From IMG/VR virus record IMGVR_UViG_3300043425_001190, positions 23,298 to 87,297 of that record: DNA of 64,000 nt, one strand, 5' to 3'. How positions within the stretch are numbered: the first letter of the stretch is position 1; each line of letters starts with the position of its first letter. The notes below the pieces were generated by a model that had not been told where the DNA came from, made no database searches, and saw only the letters and a list, made by a program, of their open reading frames with translations. The translations under genes and the position numbers were made by a program. Of the stretch, positions 29,261 to 39,670 are shown in pieces. This stretch comes from a virus.

Positions 29261-30772
29261 TTAGAATTGGTACCATGATGGCTGTGGTGGGGCTTCTGAT
29301 ATGGTACTGGTGGTTTTGGTTTGATCAAATGACGTGCCGCCAGCATCATACGCAGCGCTAGTATACTCACCAGAAGGTGTTGGCGGTGCAGTAAATGGCG
29401 ACTTAACCGATTCCCATGCTGACGAGGCACCATCAGATACCTTGTCGCCAACGTAACCAGCACCGTCTGAAACAGCGCCTCCGGCTGACCGTACAGCACC
29501 GCCAACTGACTTACCAAACACCCCGGTGTTATTTTCTAAACCGGTGAACACTTTAGCCCCATATTCACCAAGACCGGCACCTTGGTTATATATTCCCTCA
29601 GCTGAGTTCATTACTGCGCCCATGTTATCAAGGGTTAGACCACCATTTTTGATGCCGTCTACAGTGCTTTTGACTGTTTTAATAAGATCTTTGGCTTTAT
29701 TGACCTCGTTCTTGACGTCGCTATACACTTTTATGCCACGACGAACGTCTGTAATAGCGTCCCTAAACCCATAAGGTTTTGATCCAACCGGGTTTTCTGG
29801 TGTAATGCCAGGAAGAGGGGTTGTCTTTGGGATAAACTTAAATTTGTCTTGCGCCAACTTACCAAGGCCAGGTTTCTTTTTAGTAGATGACACAGATGTG
29901 GTTGATGTAGTCTTAGCCTCACGTTGAACGGCCACCCTGCGGTATGAAATACCAACACTGAAGGTTGATAACTCTTCGGTAGTGTAGTCTAAATCTTCAC
30001 CGGAAATTGATTCAACCTGCGATCCGTAGTATTTGTATGTCACAACGTTCTCGCCGTTAAAAGAATAACGGTTAATAGTGATGATAGCCTGGTTGTTGAA
30101 TGAGTTACCAATTTGTTCGATATTTGCCGTATTATTGGCAATGTTGTCAACCACATTGTAATCGGTATTTCTTCTTGATGCCATGGTATATAACGCTTGA
30201 CGCAAGATGCCGGCTGAATCATCTAGAAAGTCTATTTTTAGGTTTTCTACCGTAACACCGGTAGGGACTTTAACCGGTAGACTGTTTATAGACGGTTTTA
30301 TCTCCATAAACTGAGTTGTCGTGCCAGGTATGTTGACGGACCTGACAAAAATCTCGGCTGCTTCACCAGAAATTTCTATAGTAGACTCAGTTTTTACGCC
30401 ACCTGTGCTGGCATAGACATCATCAATAATACCAGCAAACTGTCCACCAAATTTGACTGTCCACAGGTACTTTGGTGTTGGAGCTACAGCCGAGGTTTCT
30501 GACCCACGAACAACAAGAGAGTAATACTTTGACATCAAATCTTTTAGCTGGGCTTTACCACCAGCAGATGTTGAGAACCTGTTGATTTCCTCGTCTGGTG
30601 TAGGCTCCATGTACGCAGGTTCACTGAACTCAGCCGGTAACTTAACCTCTTCTCCCCAGCCAATTTTACCAGGCGGCAGGAACTCCTCTGGTGTGATCCG
30701 TTTATGCTTATTGCTCAGACCCTTTGCTGGGACTGATCCAAAAATGTCTTCTGCCGAGTCAAGTATTCCCAT
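29261..30772 (-). CDS. tail tube-like baseplate protein (gp54/gp19-like domain) with long C-terminal extension
   Basis: PKYLWTVKF, VRSVNIPG, LKIDFLDD, LDYTTEELSTFSVGISY; late motif GATAAGTA at 30793..30800. Confidence 0.65.
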   Translation of the reverse strand: MGILDSAEDIFGSVPAKGLSNKHKRITPEEFLPPGKIGWGEEVKLPAEFSEPAYMEPTPDEEINRFSTSAGGKAQLKDLMSKYYSLVVRGSETSAVAPTPKYLWTVKFGGQFAGIIDDVYASTGGVKTESTIEISGEAAEIFVRSVNIPGTTTQFMEIKPSINSLPVKVPTGVTVENLKIDFLDDSAGILRQALYTMASRRNTDYNVVDNIANNTANIEQIGNSFNNQAIITINRYSFNGENVVTYKYYGSQVESISGEDLDYTTEELSTFSVGISYRRVAVQREAKTTSTTSVSSTKKKPGLGKLAQDKFKFIPKTTPLPGITPENPVGSKPYGFRDAITDVRRGIKVYSDVKNEVNKAKDLIKTVKSTVDGIKNGGLTLDNMGAVMNSAEGIYNQGAGLGEYGAKVFTGLENNTGVFGKSVGGAVRSAGGAVSDGAGYVGDKVSDGASSAWESVKSPFTAPPTPSGEYTSAAYDAGGTSFDQTKTTSTISEAPPQPSWYQF

Positions 30773-30813
30773 TGTGTACCGCCATTATGGCATACTTATC
30801 AACACGTAACCTG

Positions 30814-31167
30814 TTACGGGTTGACTCCGGCAACTAGGTTAACAATTGTTTGGATACCACCAAGAACTTCGATACCGGCTGGTGAGGAAGCCCATGTAGA
30901 GGTAGTCACTGTTGGGTCAACCACCTCACTGCCGTCGGCAAAGGAAATATGCAACCCGTCGGGTAGAATATCAACTTTGGCATGCGGTGTAGTTTTAATC
31001 GATGTTTCATCCGCGTCATCGACCACCCATTCGTGATCGACGGTGTATGAGATTCTTTCGTCAGGCCATTTTCTGAATGCAGAAAACTCCCACACGGCCA
31101 AGAAAGCCTTGGTTCCGGCAGCTGGTGATGGTAGGTTAAGGCGGGCTAGAGGTTGTATAGCAGACAT
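30814..31167 (-). CDS. hypothetical fibre-associated protein (paralog domain of 48538..49416)
   Basis: FLAVWEFSAFRKWPDERISY...VDPTVTTSTWASSPAG shared with both halves of 48538..49416. Confidence 0.7.
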   Translation of the reverse strand: MSAIQPLARLNLPSPAAGTKAFLAVWEFSAFRKWPDERISYTVDHEWVVDDADETSIKTTPHAKVDILPDGLHISFADGSEVVDPTVTTSTWASSPAGIEVLGGIQTIVNLVAGVNP

Positions 31168-32285
31168 CAGATTTTCTCCCAACGGGTAAGTGTTGCGTTA
31201 TAACGAACAGTGAAGTTATCTCCGCTTTTCCAAACCCCAGAGAAGCTGGCGAATACAGTTTGGGCAGCAGAGATGGTGAGTGAGGTTACTACATCTGCAC
31301 CAAAGGCGACGGTGCCTCCGAAAACTACATAACGTTCAGTGCCATCGGGCGGAGCGCTCGGTAGTGTTAAGGTAACAGCCGCCTGGATAGAAGCCGGGTT
31401 ATAGTATGTTTTACTTTTGGTGATCGTTCGGTTTCCACCACCGGTGTAGTTTTCGAAGGTGAGGTTTGAGAAGCTCTCGCCGCTATAGGTGTGACGGTCA
31501 AGACCAGCGTCATATACGTACGCATCGCCAGAAGTCAGTTTTTTGATCTTGAAATCAACATCGTTGGCCCCGACGTTGAAAGTATTCTCGCCGAAGTTCA
31601 TTCGGTAATTTACACGTTCTGTCCCAGAGTCCATCCGAATGAAGTCAAAAGAGTCAGCCGAGGCGTTATGCCTAAGTTTGAACCCCCAGTTGACGTCGCT
31701 TTCCGTCATGACTATTTCGCCGGCGTTTGTCGTAGTATTGGAGCTCGATGTTATGGTTATTTTTGGCGATATTGCGTTCTTGAAAGCCAACGTGGCAGAT
31801 GATGGTGTCATTCTAACGGTTTCAACACCTATAGAATACCAATACATAACCCCAGATAAACCAAGTATTCTAACTGACGTGGTGTCCGATTTTCCTTCTC
31901 TAAAAACAATGTCTGGACCCCATATAGCCAACTCATCGTCTATTATTTCTCCTATGCCAGCATACGGTGTGGTATCACCTCCGTCGCCAAAACCAATGTA
32001 CCCACCAGATCTAAAACTACCAGTGCTGTTGATATGTATATGCCCGTCAGCATATACAGTAAAGGGTCTACTCGCAGTTCCGTTGTATAAGCCAAAAATA
32101 CGTTCGGTGGCTGTCGCGTTAGGATATGTAAGATCTAAACTTTTGCCAGTAGAAAGGTTAATATTACCATCAGAATCAGAAGCGTAGGCTTGCTGTATCG
32201 TTACTGCGTGAGGGTTACTGACGTTAGCTTCGTGAGCGTTAATATACGCCACCATAGCTGCAGGGGTTGTGATTTCTACACCCAT
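31167..32285 (-). CDS. tail fibre-like protein
   Basis: HEANVSNPHAVT fibre motif; C-terminus paralogous to C-terminus of 52367..54910. Confidence 0.7.
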   Translation of the reverse strand: MGVEITTPAAMVAYINAHEANVSNPHAVTIQQAYASDSDGNINLSTGKSLDLTYPNATATERIFGLYNGTASRPFTVYADGHIHINSTGSFRSGGYIGFGDGGDTTPYAGIGEIIDDELAIWGPDIVFREGKSDTTSVRILGLSGVMYWYSIGVETVRMTPSSATLAFKNAISPKITITSSSNTTTNAGEIVMTESDVNWGFKLRHNASADSFDFIRMDSGTERVNYRMNFGENTFNVGANDVDFKIKKLTSGDAYVYDAGLDRHTYSGESFSNLTFENYTGGGNRTITKSKTYYNPASIQAAVTLTLPSAPPDGTERYVVFGGTVAFGADVVTSLTISAAQTVFASFSGVWKSGDNFTVRYNATLTRWEKI

Positions 32286-32288
32286 TGG

Positions 32289-32696
32289 TTACACTCCGGC
32301 CTGGATGGTGGAGAAGATAAACGAAACGCTTGAAGATCCGGAAGCTACTTTGAACACCGGTGAGGTTTCGTCAACGTCTGAAGGGTCGATCAGAATTTTA
32401 ATCACCGGGTTTGTTCCAAGACTAACGAAATCCTGGCCAGAAGCCCCTGCCATTAACACCGGTACGGACGAAACAATCACCATTTCGGTGATTAGAAATC
32501 CGTCTGGAACCAGTCCGCTGAACGGGGATTTGGACTCAGCGGTAGTAAGGGTGGCATTTTTGGTGAAAAACTTGGTTGTAGGAGCCAGACTAACCGTAAG
32601 CCTAGCGGTTGGTTCAACCTCGCCAAACTTACCAAGTCTCATCCATGATAACCAATCAGCCTGGTTGTTGCCACCTGAAATTTTTGGGCCTGGCAT
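32289..32696 (-). CDS. hypothetical late protein
   Basis: perfect TATAAATA 32 nt upstream. Confidence 0.65.
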   Translation of the reverse strand: MPGPKISGGNNQADWLSWMRLGKFGEVEPTARLTVSLAPTTKFFTKNATLTTAESKSPFSGLVPDGFLITEMVIVSSVPVLMAGASGQDFVSLGTNPVIKILIDPSDVDETSPVFKVASGSSSVSFIFSTIQAGV

Positions 32697-32728
32697 ATTT
32701 TCACCTAGAGTTTACGGTTTACACAATA

Positions 32729-32736
32729 TATTTATA
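32729..32736 (-). promoter_or_regulatory. T4-type late promoter TATAAATA
   Basis: exact T4 late consensus, just downstream of the gp19 terminator. Confidence 0.75.
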
Positions 32737-32739
32737 GGG

Positions 32740-32768
32740 AGAAACCCGGCCTGAACGGCCGGGTTTCT
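32740..32768 (-). terminator. terminator after tail tube gene
   Basis: AGAAACCCGGCC-loop-GGCCGGGTTTCT. Confidence 0.75.
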
Positions 32769-32797
32769 TGGCTCAACATCACAACTTGGCGTGGTAC

Positions 32798-33310
32798 TTA
32801 AACGACGAAGTCCCAGTACTGGTATTCGAATGTAACGTCCATAGTAGCGACGTTTTCACCAGATTCCTGTGACAGAGTAACCTCACCTAGGCCAGTAGGG
32901 TACATACCCTCGAACTTAATCTTTTTAGTTGGGTTCAACTTATTGTCGAGGAGAGTTAGGGTGACTGTTTCGAGACGGGAGAAGGTCTCGCTGGCACCCG
33001 TGTTGATGTCGTAGATTTCGCTCATCCAGTCGGATACGAATTTGCGCAAATCATAACGCATGTCGCAACGAAGTTGAACACCCCAGCTCTCGAACGAGGC
33101 GGTACCTGGCATCTTGAACTTGAAACCAAGGAACGGAGTCGCGATGGTGCCAATGGCTTTGGTGGGCCATTTGGTGGAGAAGACATAAAGTTCGGCTTCA
33201 TCACCAAGACGCGATGGGAATGTCACTCTGAACAGGTGACCGCGAGCCAAGTCAGTCTTTTTGATCTGCTGATAAAAGCCGGAAACCTTGTAGCTATCGG
33301 ATATGGCCAT
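32798..33310 (-). CDS. tail tube protein gp19
   Basis: DLARGHLFRV, PFLGFKFKMPG, FEGMYPTGLGEV, VTFEYQYW. Confidence 0.9.
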   Translation of the reverse strand: MAISDSYKVSGFYQQIKKTDLARGHLFRVTFPSRLGDEAELYVFSTKWPTKAIGTIATPFLGFKFKMPGTASFESWGVQLRCDMRYDLRKFVSDWMSEIYDINTGASETFSRLETVTLTLLDNKLNPTKKIKFEGMYPTGLGEVTLSQESGENVATMDVTFEYQYWDFVV

Positions 33311-33364
33311 GATACTTCTCCATTAAACTGGGTGGTTTTATTATATCGTATTTAGGGTATGAGA

Positions 33365-33390
33365 AGGCCCGGTCATTTCTGACCGGGCCT
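33365..33390 (-). terminator. hairpin after tail sheath gene
   Basis: AGGCCCGGTCA-TTTC-TGACCGGGCCT. Confidence 0.7.
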
Positions 33391-33395
33391 GGATT

Positions 33396-35765
33396 TTAGC
33401 CTTTCTGGCGGATAACCTCGGTGAGGTTGGCCCCGACTCTTGAGGCGATCATGTTGATGATGATGAATTCACCGGTTCTGGCGGCGTCGAGGGCGAGGTC
33501 AACCACCAGTTCGTTCTTTTCCAGAACTTCCGGGGTGTTGTTCGTCTCATCGCAGACGAGAAGGAAGTCGTTGAGACCCTCCTTCGACTTGGCGTAATCA
33601 AGCAGAGGCTTGATAGCGTCGACCACTCTGGTGCGTGTTGGATAAGTGTTGTTCTTGAAGACGAAGCGGTACATGATACGCGAAATGCGCTTTTCCAGTA
33701 CCAGGAACAGCAGGCGGACGTTGATCCGGCTGAAGGCCGAGGTAGTGGTAAGCAGAGTCTTCTGACCCCAAACGATGGTGCCATAGGCGGGCAGGTTGAT
33801 GATGTTGTTGATGCCACGCTTGTACAGGACACCTTGCGAGTCCGGGGTGGGGTTGATTGCGAGCTGAAGGGCACCGGGGATGGTAGCTCTGTCGATACCA
33901 GCGGGGGCGAACCAGGGCTCTTCTTGCTTCGACATCTTACCAATGACAGCGGCCACTTTGGACGAGACTGGGTGCCAGTATTGACCTTTATTGTAACGGT
34001 CGCGCATCTTCACCCAGTTTCCGTAAACGGCGAGGTAGCTGGAAGCTAGGACACCCTGGCTGTAGCTGCCGCAATCGCGGTTGAACCGGTCGTTCAAGAC
34101 CTTGTCAAGGCAATCGTTGTAGCTGACACCATCAGAACCGCTCTCGTCGCCAACAATGTATTTTTCAACGCGACCGGGCATTGCTTCGCCCATACCGACC
34201 TGTCCGGAGACAACGTATTGACGGGGAATGTCGATGAGGACAAGCACGTCTTTACGGGTCAGGTTGGCGAAGTTGTGGTATTGGTCGATGATGTTGTCGT
34301 AGTTGGTGGTGTTGAACGTACTGCCAAGGACGATGTGGTTGGTGAATTCATACATACGGTCCATGGCGTAGGTTGGGCCGTAGTACGAACCGCTGGGGCT
34401 GAGGCTGGTGGCGTTGGTAGCACCGGCAATGGTTGATAGGCCAGCGTCGACAAGCAAGTCAAGGGGAACTTGCTGCGGGTTGGCGATCTTTGGCATGGCC
34501 AGAACGAGTTTGGCGTTGACGTCACCGATGATCATGTTTTCACGTGACATTTTGGAGTGGGACAAGCTGTAGGTGCGGTTACCATCACCGAGTGGAGAAA
34601 CCTTCACGGAGGTGGGGCTGATGACCTCGGTGACCAGGTGGGTGGCCAGAGTGACACCGTAAGCTCTCTTGTAGGTGCCACCATCGTTGTACACTTTGTC
34701 TTGTACAACTAGGTTGTTGCCGGTGACGGTGGTGGAGTTGGCGATGGTTGGTTTCTTCTGAATGACGATACCATCCGAGAAGTGAGCCCAGTCGGTGAGG
34801 TCGTCGGCGGTGGAGCTGCGGCCAGTGTAAGCGCGGATTCTGGTTGAGTTGTTGTTGATGACGTCTTCGATGAAGAGGGTGTTGCCGTAGCTGTCAGTCT
34901 TGGCGGGGTCGAGAGAAACATCATAGCGTTCAACGATGGTCATGGTACCACGGTCGGCCTGGAATTGCGAAGAGGCGTTGTAACGGAACAGGATGACACT
35001 GATGCTGTCTTTCGACATGACGTTCTGGATGCCGGCCCAGGCGGCAGACGAAACCGACTTGATGTCAACGTCAACGATTTTGGAGTTGTCGTATTCACCG
35101 TAGATGGCGGCGCTGTTGACGTATGGAACGGTGTCGGCTAACCAGGTGGGGCGGGTAGCCGGGGTTGCAGCGGTGAACGAGTCGATGATGGCCAAGTAGA
35201 GGTCGCCGTCGCCGTTTGGGGCGTTGTCGACGCTGCGGTTGACGAACAGGATATCTCCAATGCCGATTTGGCCGAGGGTGCCACCAAGAGAGGTGGTTCT
35301 GTCACCAGCGGCTAGGGCGGTGAGCTCGGTATCGGTGATGGTAGCCTGGGTACCGTCCATGGCGTTGGTGCCGGTAATGACTGAGCTGAGAACGGTGTAG
35401 TTGCCGGCAGCAAGACCATAGTCTGCACTGACACCACTTGAGGGGGCTGCGAAGGTCATTTTGAAGGCTGAGTGCTTGATCTCATCAGCATCACCGTAGG
35501 GGAGACGGACGCCGATCACAGCACCAGTTTCGTTGACAACATCAATGAGTGAGTGTACGAAGTAACGTTCGGCTTCGTTGGTGGGCTGACCCCAGTTACT
35601 AACGACTTCCTCCTGGGTGGTAGCAACCATCGGCTCAAGAGAACGGCCTTTCTGTGAGAAACCAAAGGCCACGCCAACCGTGCTTTCTTGAACGGTGGCC
35701 GGAACTTCCGACATATCAATCTCGTTAATGATAACGCCCGGGGCGTTCTTTGCGTTGTTGGCCAT
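33396..35765 (-). CDS. tail sheath protein gp18
   Basis: APGVIINEID, PWFAPAG, VWGQKTL, SAFSRINVRLLFL, VCDETNNTP. Confidence 0.95.
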   Translation of the reverse strand: MANNAKNAPGVIINEIDMSEVPATVQESTVGVAFGFSQKGRSLEPMVATTQEEVVSNWGQPTNEAERYFVHSLIDVVNETGAVIGVRLPYGDADEIKHSAFKMTFAAPSSGVSADYGLAAGNYTVLSSVITGTNAMDGTQATITDTELTALAAGDRTTSLGGTLGQIGIGDILFVNRSVDNAPNGDGDLYLAIIDSFTAATPATRPTWLADTVPYVNSAAIYGEYDNSKIVDVDIKSVSSAAWAGIQNVMSKDSISVILFRYNASSQFQADRGTMTIVERYDVSLDPAKTDSYGNTLFIEDVINNNSTRIRAYTGRSSTADDLTDWAHFSDGIVIQKKPTIANSTTVTGNNLVVQDKVYNDGGTYKRAYGVTLATHLVTEVISPTSVKVSPLGDGNRTYSLSHSKMSRENMIIGDVNAKLVLAMPKIANPQQVPLDLLVDAGLSTIAGATNATSLSPSGSYYGPTYAMDRMYEFTNHIVLGSTFNTTNYDNIIDQYHNFANLTRKDVLVLIDIPRQYVVSGQVGMGEAMPGRVEKYIVGDESGSDGVSYNDCLDKVLNDRFNRDCGSYSQGVLASSYLAVYGNWVKMRDRYNKGQYWHPVSSKVAAVIGKMSKQEEPWFAPAGIDRATIPGALQLAINPTPDSQGVLYKRGINNIINLPAYGTIVWGQKTLLTTTSAFSRINVRLLFLVLEKRISRIMYRFVFKNNTYPTRTRVVDAIKPLLDYAKSKEGLNDFLLVCDETNNTPEVLEKNELVVDLALDAARTGEFIIINMIASRVGANLTEVIRQKG

Positions 35766-35842
35766 GTTATTCTACTCCGTATTTGTGGGATGTGCTAAAG
35801 TATTTACCTCAGCTACCGGCATACGGACACAGTATTTTTAAC

Positions 35843-36463
35843 TCAAAGCGAGGCTGGTGGCCTGGTGAGTTTATTCCACCTGTAAACAGGGAAATCGTAT
35901 GATAACTTAGCGGTAGATTTAACGTATTCCTCACCTGACTCGTCATAAGCCATTACTGTTGGTGACAGCATGGTAATAAAGGCTCCATTTAGTGTGCAGG
36001 TCATCACCGGTTCGTCGAAGTTGTCCAACGCGGTAATGGTTACGTTGATATACGGAGAAATTTCCTCACCTTTCAACCCGCTTGGTTTGTCTTTGTTACT
36101 GATCTGACCATTCATACCCAGGAATTGGAAGCCAGTACCGTTCTCATGATTCTTAATGGCCTGGTTCCATATGTTTAAAATACCCCAGTTTACATACCAG
36201 TCATCAACGGCGAACGAGAACTCGAAATCATCAAACGTGGTCTCGTTGCCATTCTGTTTGATTTGCATACCATACTGTTTAACAACAACAGGTGGTGTGT
36301 TCATCCCCGGAATGGAACAACCAAATACGTTCATAGTCAAGGATTCTTCTTTGTACTCGGTAAACACCTCCCTAATAACTGGGATGATTGGGATGGTAAT
36401 CAGGAATTTAGATTTTACTGCCTGGTTCTGGCCAATCGTTTTGGCGTTTAGGTTGTTTTCCAT
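35843..36463 (-). CDS. tail completion/terminator gp3-like (tube fold)
   Basis: CSIPG, FSFAVDD, GAFITMLS motifs. Confidence 0.65.
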   Translation of the reverse strand: MENNLNAKTIGQNQAVKSKFLITIPIIPVIREVFTEYKEESLTMNVFGCSIPGMNTPPVVVKQYGMQIKQNGNETTFDDFEFSFAVDDWYVNWGILNIWNQAIKNHENGTGFQFLGMNGQISNKDKPSGLKGEEISPYINVTITALDNFDEPVMTCTLNGAFITMLSPTVMAYDESGEEYVKSTAKLSYDFPVYRWNKLTRPPASL

Positions 36464-38187
36464 TAGTATCTTCCTTGTTTTATAACCGGGAATCCGTCTT
36501 TTTCCTCGTCGTAGTCAGATTTACCCTTCATGGTTGAGAAAGTAGACTTCTTGTACTTGTCAAACGAGTCTTCGTCGTCTTCCTCAGCAAAGTATCTTTT
36601 TGGTTTTTCCATCGGACTCATAGATTTAGCCGGTGTTTCAATATCATTTGTCTCAATCAGTTCTTCGAGTTCCTTATGGTTGGCCAGGTTGGCAATCATT
36701 GAACTCATAACGTGGTCGTCTTTTTCCCCTTGACCGGCGTATGTGCCAAATGAAAGACGAACGAAACTGGCCAGCTGTTTGATAGTTTTAGCATCTCGTA
36801 GTTTTAGTCTTCCAGTCTCTACCATTCGTTTATAGTTGGTACACATCAGATTTTTGGTTACCTGGTTGGTGGTAATACCCTTTTTGCGTTTGTTACCTTG
36901 GCCGGCTCCATACGATATTAACCTGTCGTACTCGTAGTCTTTGAAAATTTCACTAGCAAGGTTACCCATATTGTTTTCCACCAAGAGGTTTGCCTCACCA
37001 TAGAACCGGCAGATCTGAACCACTATTTCAGCCATATCGTACGACGGGGTCTTGTTAGAACTCCACACCGCAGCCTGCTCTATATTCATAGGATCAGTAA
37101 TGTCGTATACGTCAACAACAGAGTCATCGCCACCACCACCTTCACCAAGGTCAACCCCGGCTGCATATGTTCTACCAGGTTGTGGTTCGGCATATATCCT
37201 AAATTCAGACTCAACACCAATATCATATGTGGTCCTGACTGGGTCTGAGTGCATCATGTTTTCTAGGACGCCGGCAGATACTAGCGTCTGCTGTGACCCA
37301 AGGAATCTACACTCAAATTCCTGGAACCATTTAAGTTCGCCGATATCAGCAATAGTCTTGCGTTTAAACTCCTCATCCCTGCCTGGCGGTTCATCCCATT
37401 CGATCTTCACCAGTTTGAACCGGTTTTCGCCTCTCTCCGCTCTCTTAACGATGGTGTGGAACTGATTGGCTATACCTTTAGGCGTTGAGATAACAATAAT
37501 CTTGGTGGTTTCACCGGAAGAAACGGTAGCATAAACGGACGCCCAGAAAGGGCCGGCAACGTGTTCGGCAACGTGGGCAAATTCTTCTAGAACCAGCATA
37601 TTAATGGAGCCAGAACGACCAGAGTTGTCTGACGTGGCAGCAGCCGAGATGGTTGAACCATTGTCGAATTTAACACGCTCTTTACCCCATTCAACAACAC
37701 CAGGCTTTAGCCAGTACGGCAGCTCTTCGTATGCCATCTTGATACGAGCCAGTATGTCTTTTGCAGCGTCAGCTTTATGGGCCAGGATGAGGATGTTATA
37801 GTCCTCGTTGAACATGGCATAATGTAAAATTGGAGCGGCTGTAGCTGTAGTCTTACCGCACTGACGTGGAGCCATGATACATGAGAATCTATCGTTGGCG
37901 ATCGTATCGATTATACGTTGCTGGTATGGTCTAGGCTTGAACTTTACGCGGCCATGGTCAAGGGAGATAATGGTGATATACTTGATGAAGTGATCCATAT
38001 CGACAGCACATTTTGCCGTCTCAGTGATCTCTTCTGGTTTCCATACCCACTCAACGTCAGGAGCACGTAGGTTCTTGTTACCGTCACAATAAACCCTGTC
38101 TCTTGTTGGGGTGCCACGTTTATATGACAGTAATGGTCTAAACGGCCCCATTTCGGTATCAACAGGGTTGACTAACGTGGCAGCCAT
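36463..38187 (-). CDS. terminase large subunit gp17
   Basis: PRQCGKT, LVLEEFAH, ISTPKG, FQEFECRF, GVDLGEG, DDHVMS. Confidence 0.95.
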   Translation of the reverse strand: MAATLVNPVDTEMGPFRPLLSYKRGTPTRDRVYCDGNKNLRAPDVEWVWKPEEITETAKCAVDMDHFIKYITIISLDHGRVKFKPRPYQQRIIDTIANDRFSCIMAPRQCGKTTATAAPILHYAMFNEDYNILILAHKADAAKDILARIKMAYEELPYWLKPGVVEWGKERVKFDNGSTISAAATSDNSGRSGSINMLVLEEFAHVAEHVAGPFWASVYATVSSGETTKIIVISTPKGIANQFHTIVKRAERGENRFKLVKIEWDEPPGRDEEFKRKTIADIGELKWFQEFECRFLGSQQTLVSAGVLENMMHSDPVRTTYDIGVESEFRIYAEPQPGRTYAAGVDLGEGGGGDDSVVDVYDITDPMNIEQAAVWSSNKTPSYDMAEIVVQICRFYGEANLLVENNMGNLASEIFKDYEYDRLISYGAGQGNKRKKGITTNQVTKNLMCTNYKRMVETGRLKLRDAKTIKQLASFVRLSFGTYAGQGEKDDHVMSSMIANLANHKELEELIETNDIETPAKSMSPMEKPKRYFAEEDDEDSFDKYKKSTFSTMKGKSDYDEEKDGFPVIKQGRY

Positions 38188-38717
38188 TATTTGTCACCGT
38201 TGCCTTTTTTAGCCAGGGCGATAATTTCACCACGGGTAAGAGCAACCGTGTTGTTCACCGTGTTACCATGGTTGATAGTTACGCTCGACGGGCCTTTAAC
38301 CGTATGTTTGATTTTCTTATTCGCCTGAAAGTCCCTGAATTCTCGGTCTCTCTTCTTGTTTTCAATAGATGCTAACTCTTTAGCTAACTTGGCCTGTGTC
38401 TCGAAGATTTTGGCTACAGAGTTTAACTCCTGAGCGTTTGGTAGCATACCAGAGCTGCTAATCACATTAGCGAATACCGTGCCAAGTTCGGCAACAATGG
38501 TTTGGCCAACTTTCATGGTATCTACTAAGGCCTGTTCGGCGTCAGTTTGGTTTTTTGAGTCAGTCTCGGTGTACTCTTCGATTTCACCTGGAGCTTTTTC
38601 TAACAATTCGGTGTCAAACTCCGGTTCATCTGGTTCAACATCAATGACTACGGCGTCTGCCGGAGTTCTTGGTTTTTGTTCTATACCAAGCAGCTCTGAA
38701 ATTTTATCTGTACCCAT
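38187..38717 (-). CDS. terminase small subunit gp16-like
   Basis: helical protein coupled upstream of gp17; C-terminal TVNNTVALT. Confidence 0.65.
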   Translation of the reverse strand: MGTDKISELLGIEQKPRTPADAVVIDVEPDEPEFDTELLEKAPGEIEEYTETDSKNQTDAEQALVDTMKVGQTIVAELGTVFANVISSSGMLPNAQELNSVAKIFETQAKLAKELASIENKKRDREFRDFQANKKIKHTVKGPSSVTINHGNTVNNTVALTRGEIIALAKKGNGDK

Positions 38718-38755
38718 TTATTCACCTGCTGTTCACCTGTAGTTACGCCAACCAG

Positions 38756-39670
38756 TTATCTGTAGTTGTTCAACAGGTCCTCGATGGTGGCCTCGCCTGA
38801 TACCATCAACTTACCAGCGTTAATGACATAATATCCGGGTGATGGTTCGTAAGTTGGCTCACCAGACCCGGCAATAGAGGTGTCTACCACGTTGCCTGAG
38901 ACCAAGACGTCAGCCAACGATGATTGCATGCCGGAAACGGTGTCCCCAGATATTCCCCACGAGATGAGGGTATTGGCTGGTTCTTGCTTGGTTTGGTCTT
39001 TGAGGTAGGCACTGAACTCTGTGTAGATTCTGATGATCGGGCCATAATCGAAATCTTTGAACATAAAGTTCCAGGTATGAACTTTGACCGTGGCGGTAGA
39101 GGCGAAGTATTGAATCTTGTCGGTACCAAAAACGTGTTCTGGCTGGGTGCTACCATCCCATACCATCTTTAAGTTAACAAACCGTTCTTGTTCAGAGGCC
39201 GATTCATCAACCCCGGGAACCGGCATTCGAACAAAGGCGTACGGCCTCATCCAGTAGAATTTGTTTTGGATAATCTGCTCCATATCTTCGGCCAACCTGG
39301 TAAAGATAGTGAGTTTGAAGGTCATCGTTACAGGTTGTGGTCTGTATTGTTCAACCGAACCGCCGCCAGGCATATTAAAAATGATGTTCTCGTGCATCCC
39401 GCGTTCGCGTTGTTTGTCATATTCAAGGCCACCGGTTGACGGCTCGATAACAATGAACGGCATTTTGTTTGGGAAGGTAGGCGGGTTTCCATGTCTGAGA
39501 TCGCTGTAAACAGCAGTTTTTTCACCAACCACAGCCCTAACGGTGTACGTGCCTATAGGGTTGCGGTCTTTGTCCATCCGGTTGATGACAATATTATTGA
39601 AAAAGTCAGCAACCTGTACCACCGAGTAGTACAGGCTCATGTGATTACCGAATATCTGGTTAGTACTCAT
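38756..39670 (-). CDS. tail sheath stabiliser gp15
   Basis: FFNNIVINR, LEYDKQR, PQPVTMTFKLTI, DMEQIIQN. Confidence 0.8.
   Translation of the reverse strand: MSTNQIFGNHMSLYYSVVQVADFFNNIVINRMDKDRNPIGTYTVRAVVGEKTAVYSDLRHGNPPTFPNKMPFIVIEPSTGGLEYDKQRERGMHENIIFNMPGGGSVEQYRPQPVTMTFKLTIFTRLAEDMEQIIQNKFYWMRPYAFVRMPVPGVDESASEQERFVNLKMVWDGSTQPEHVFGTDKIQYFASTATVKVHTWNFMFKDFDYGPIIRIYTEFSAYLKDQTKQEPANTLISWGISGDTVSGMQSSLADVLVSGNVVDTSIAGSGEPTYEPSPGYYVINAGKLMVSGEATIEDLLNNYR

Noticed and set aside
29251-29517. N-terminal extension of the mucin-like ORF as given in the ORF track
   Set aside because: It overlaps the upstream gp54-like gene; ATG 29250 has a proper RBS.
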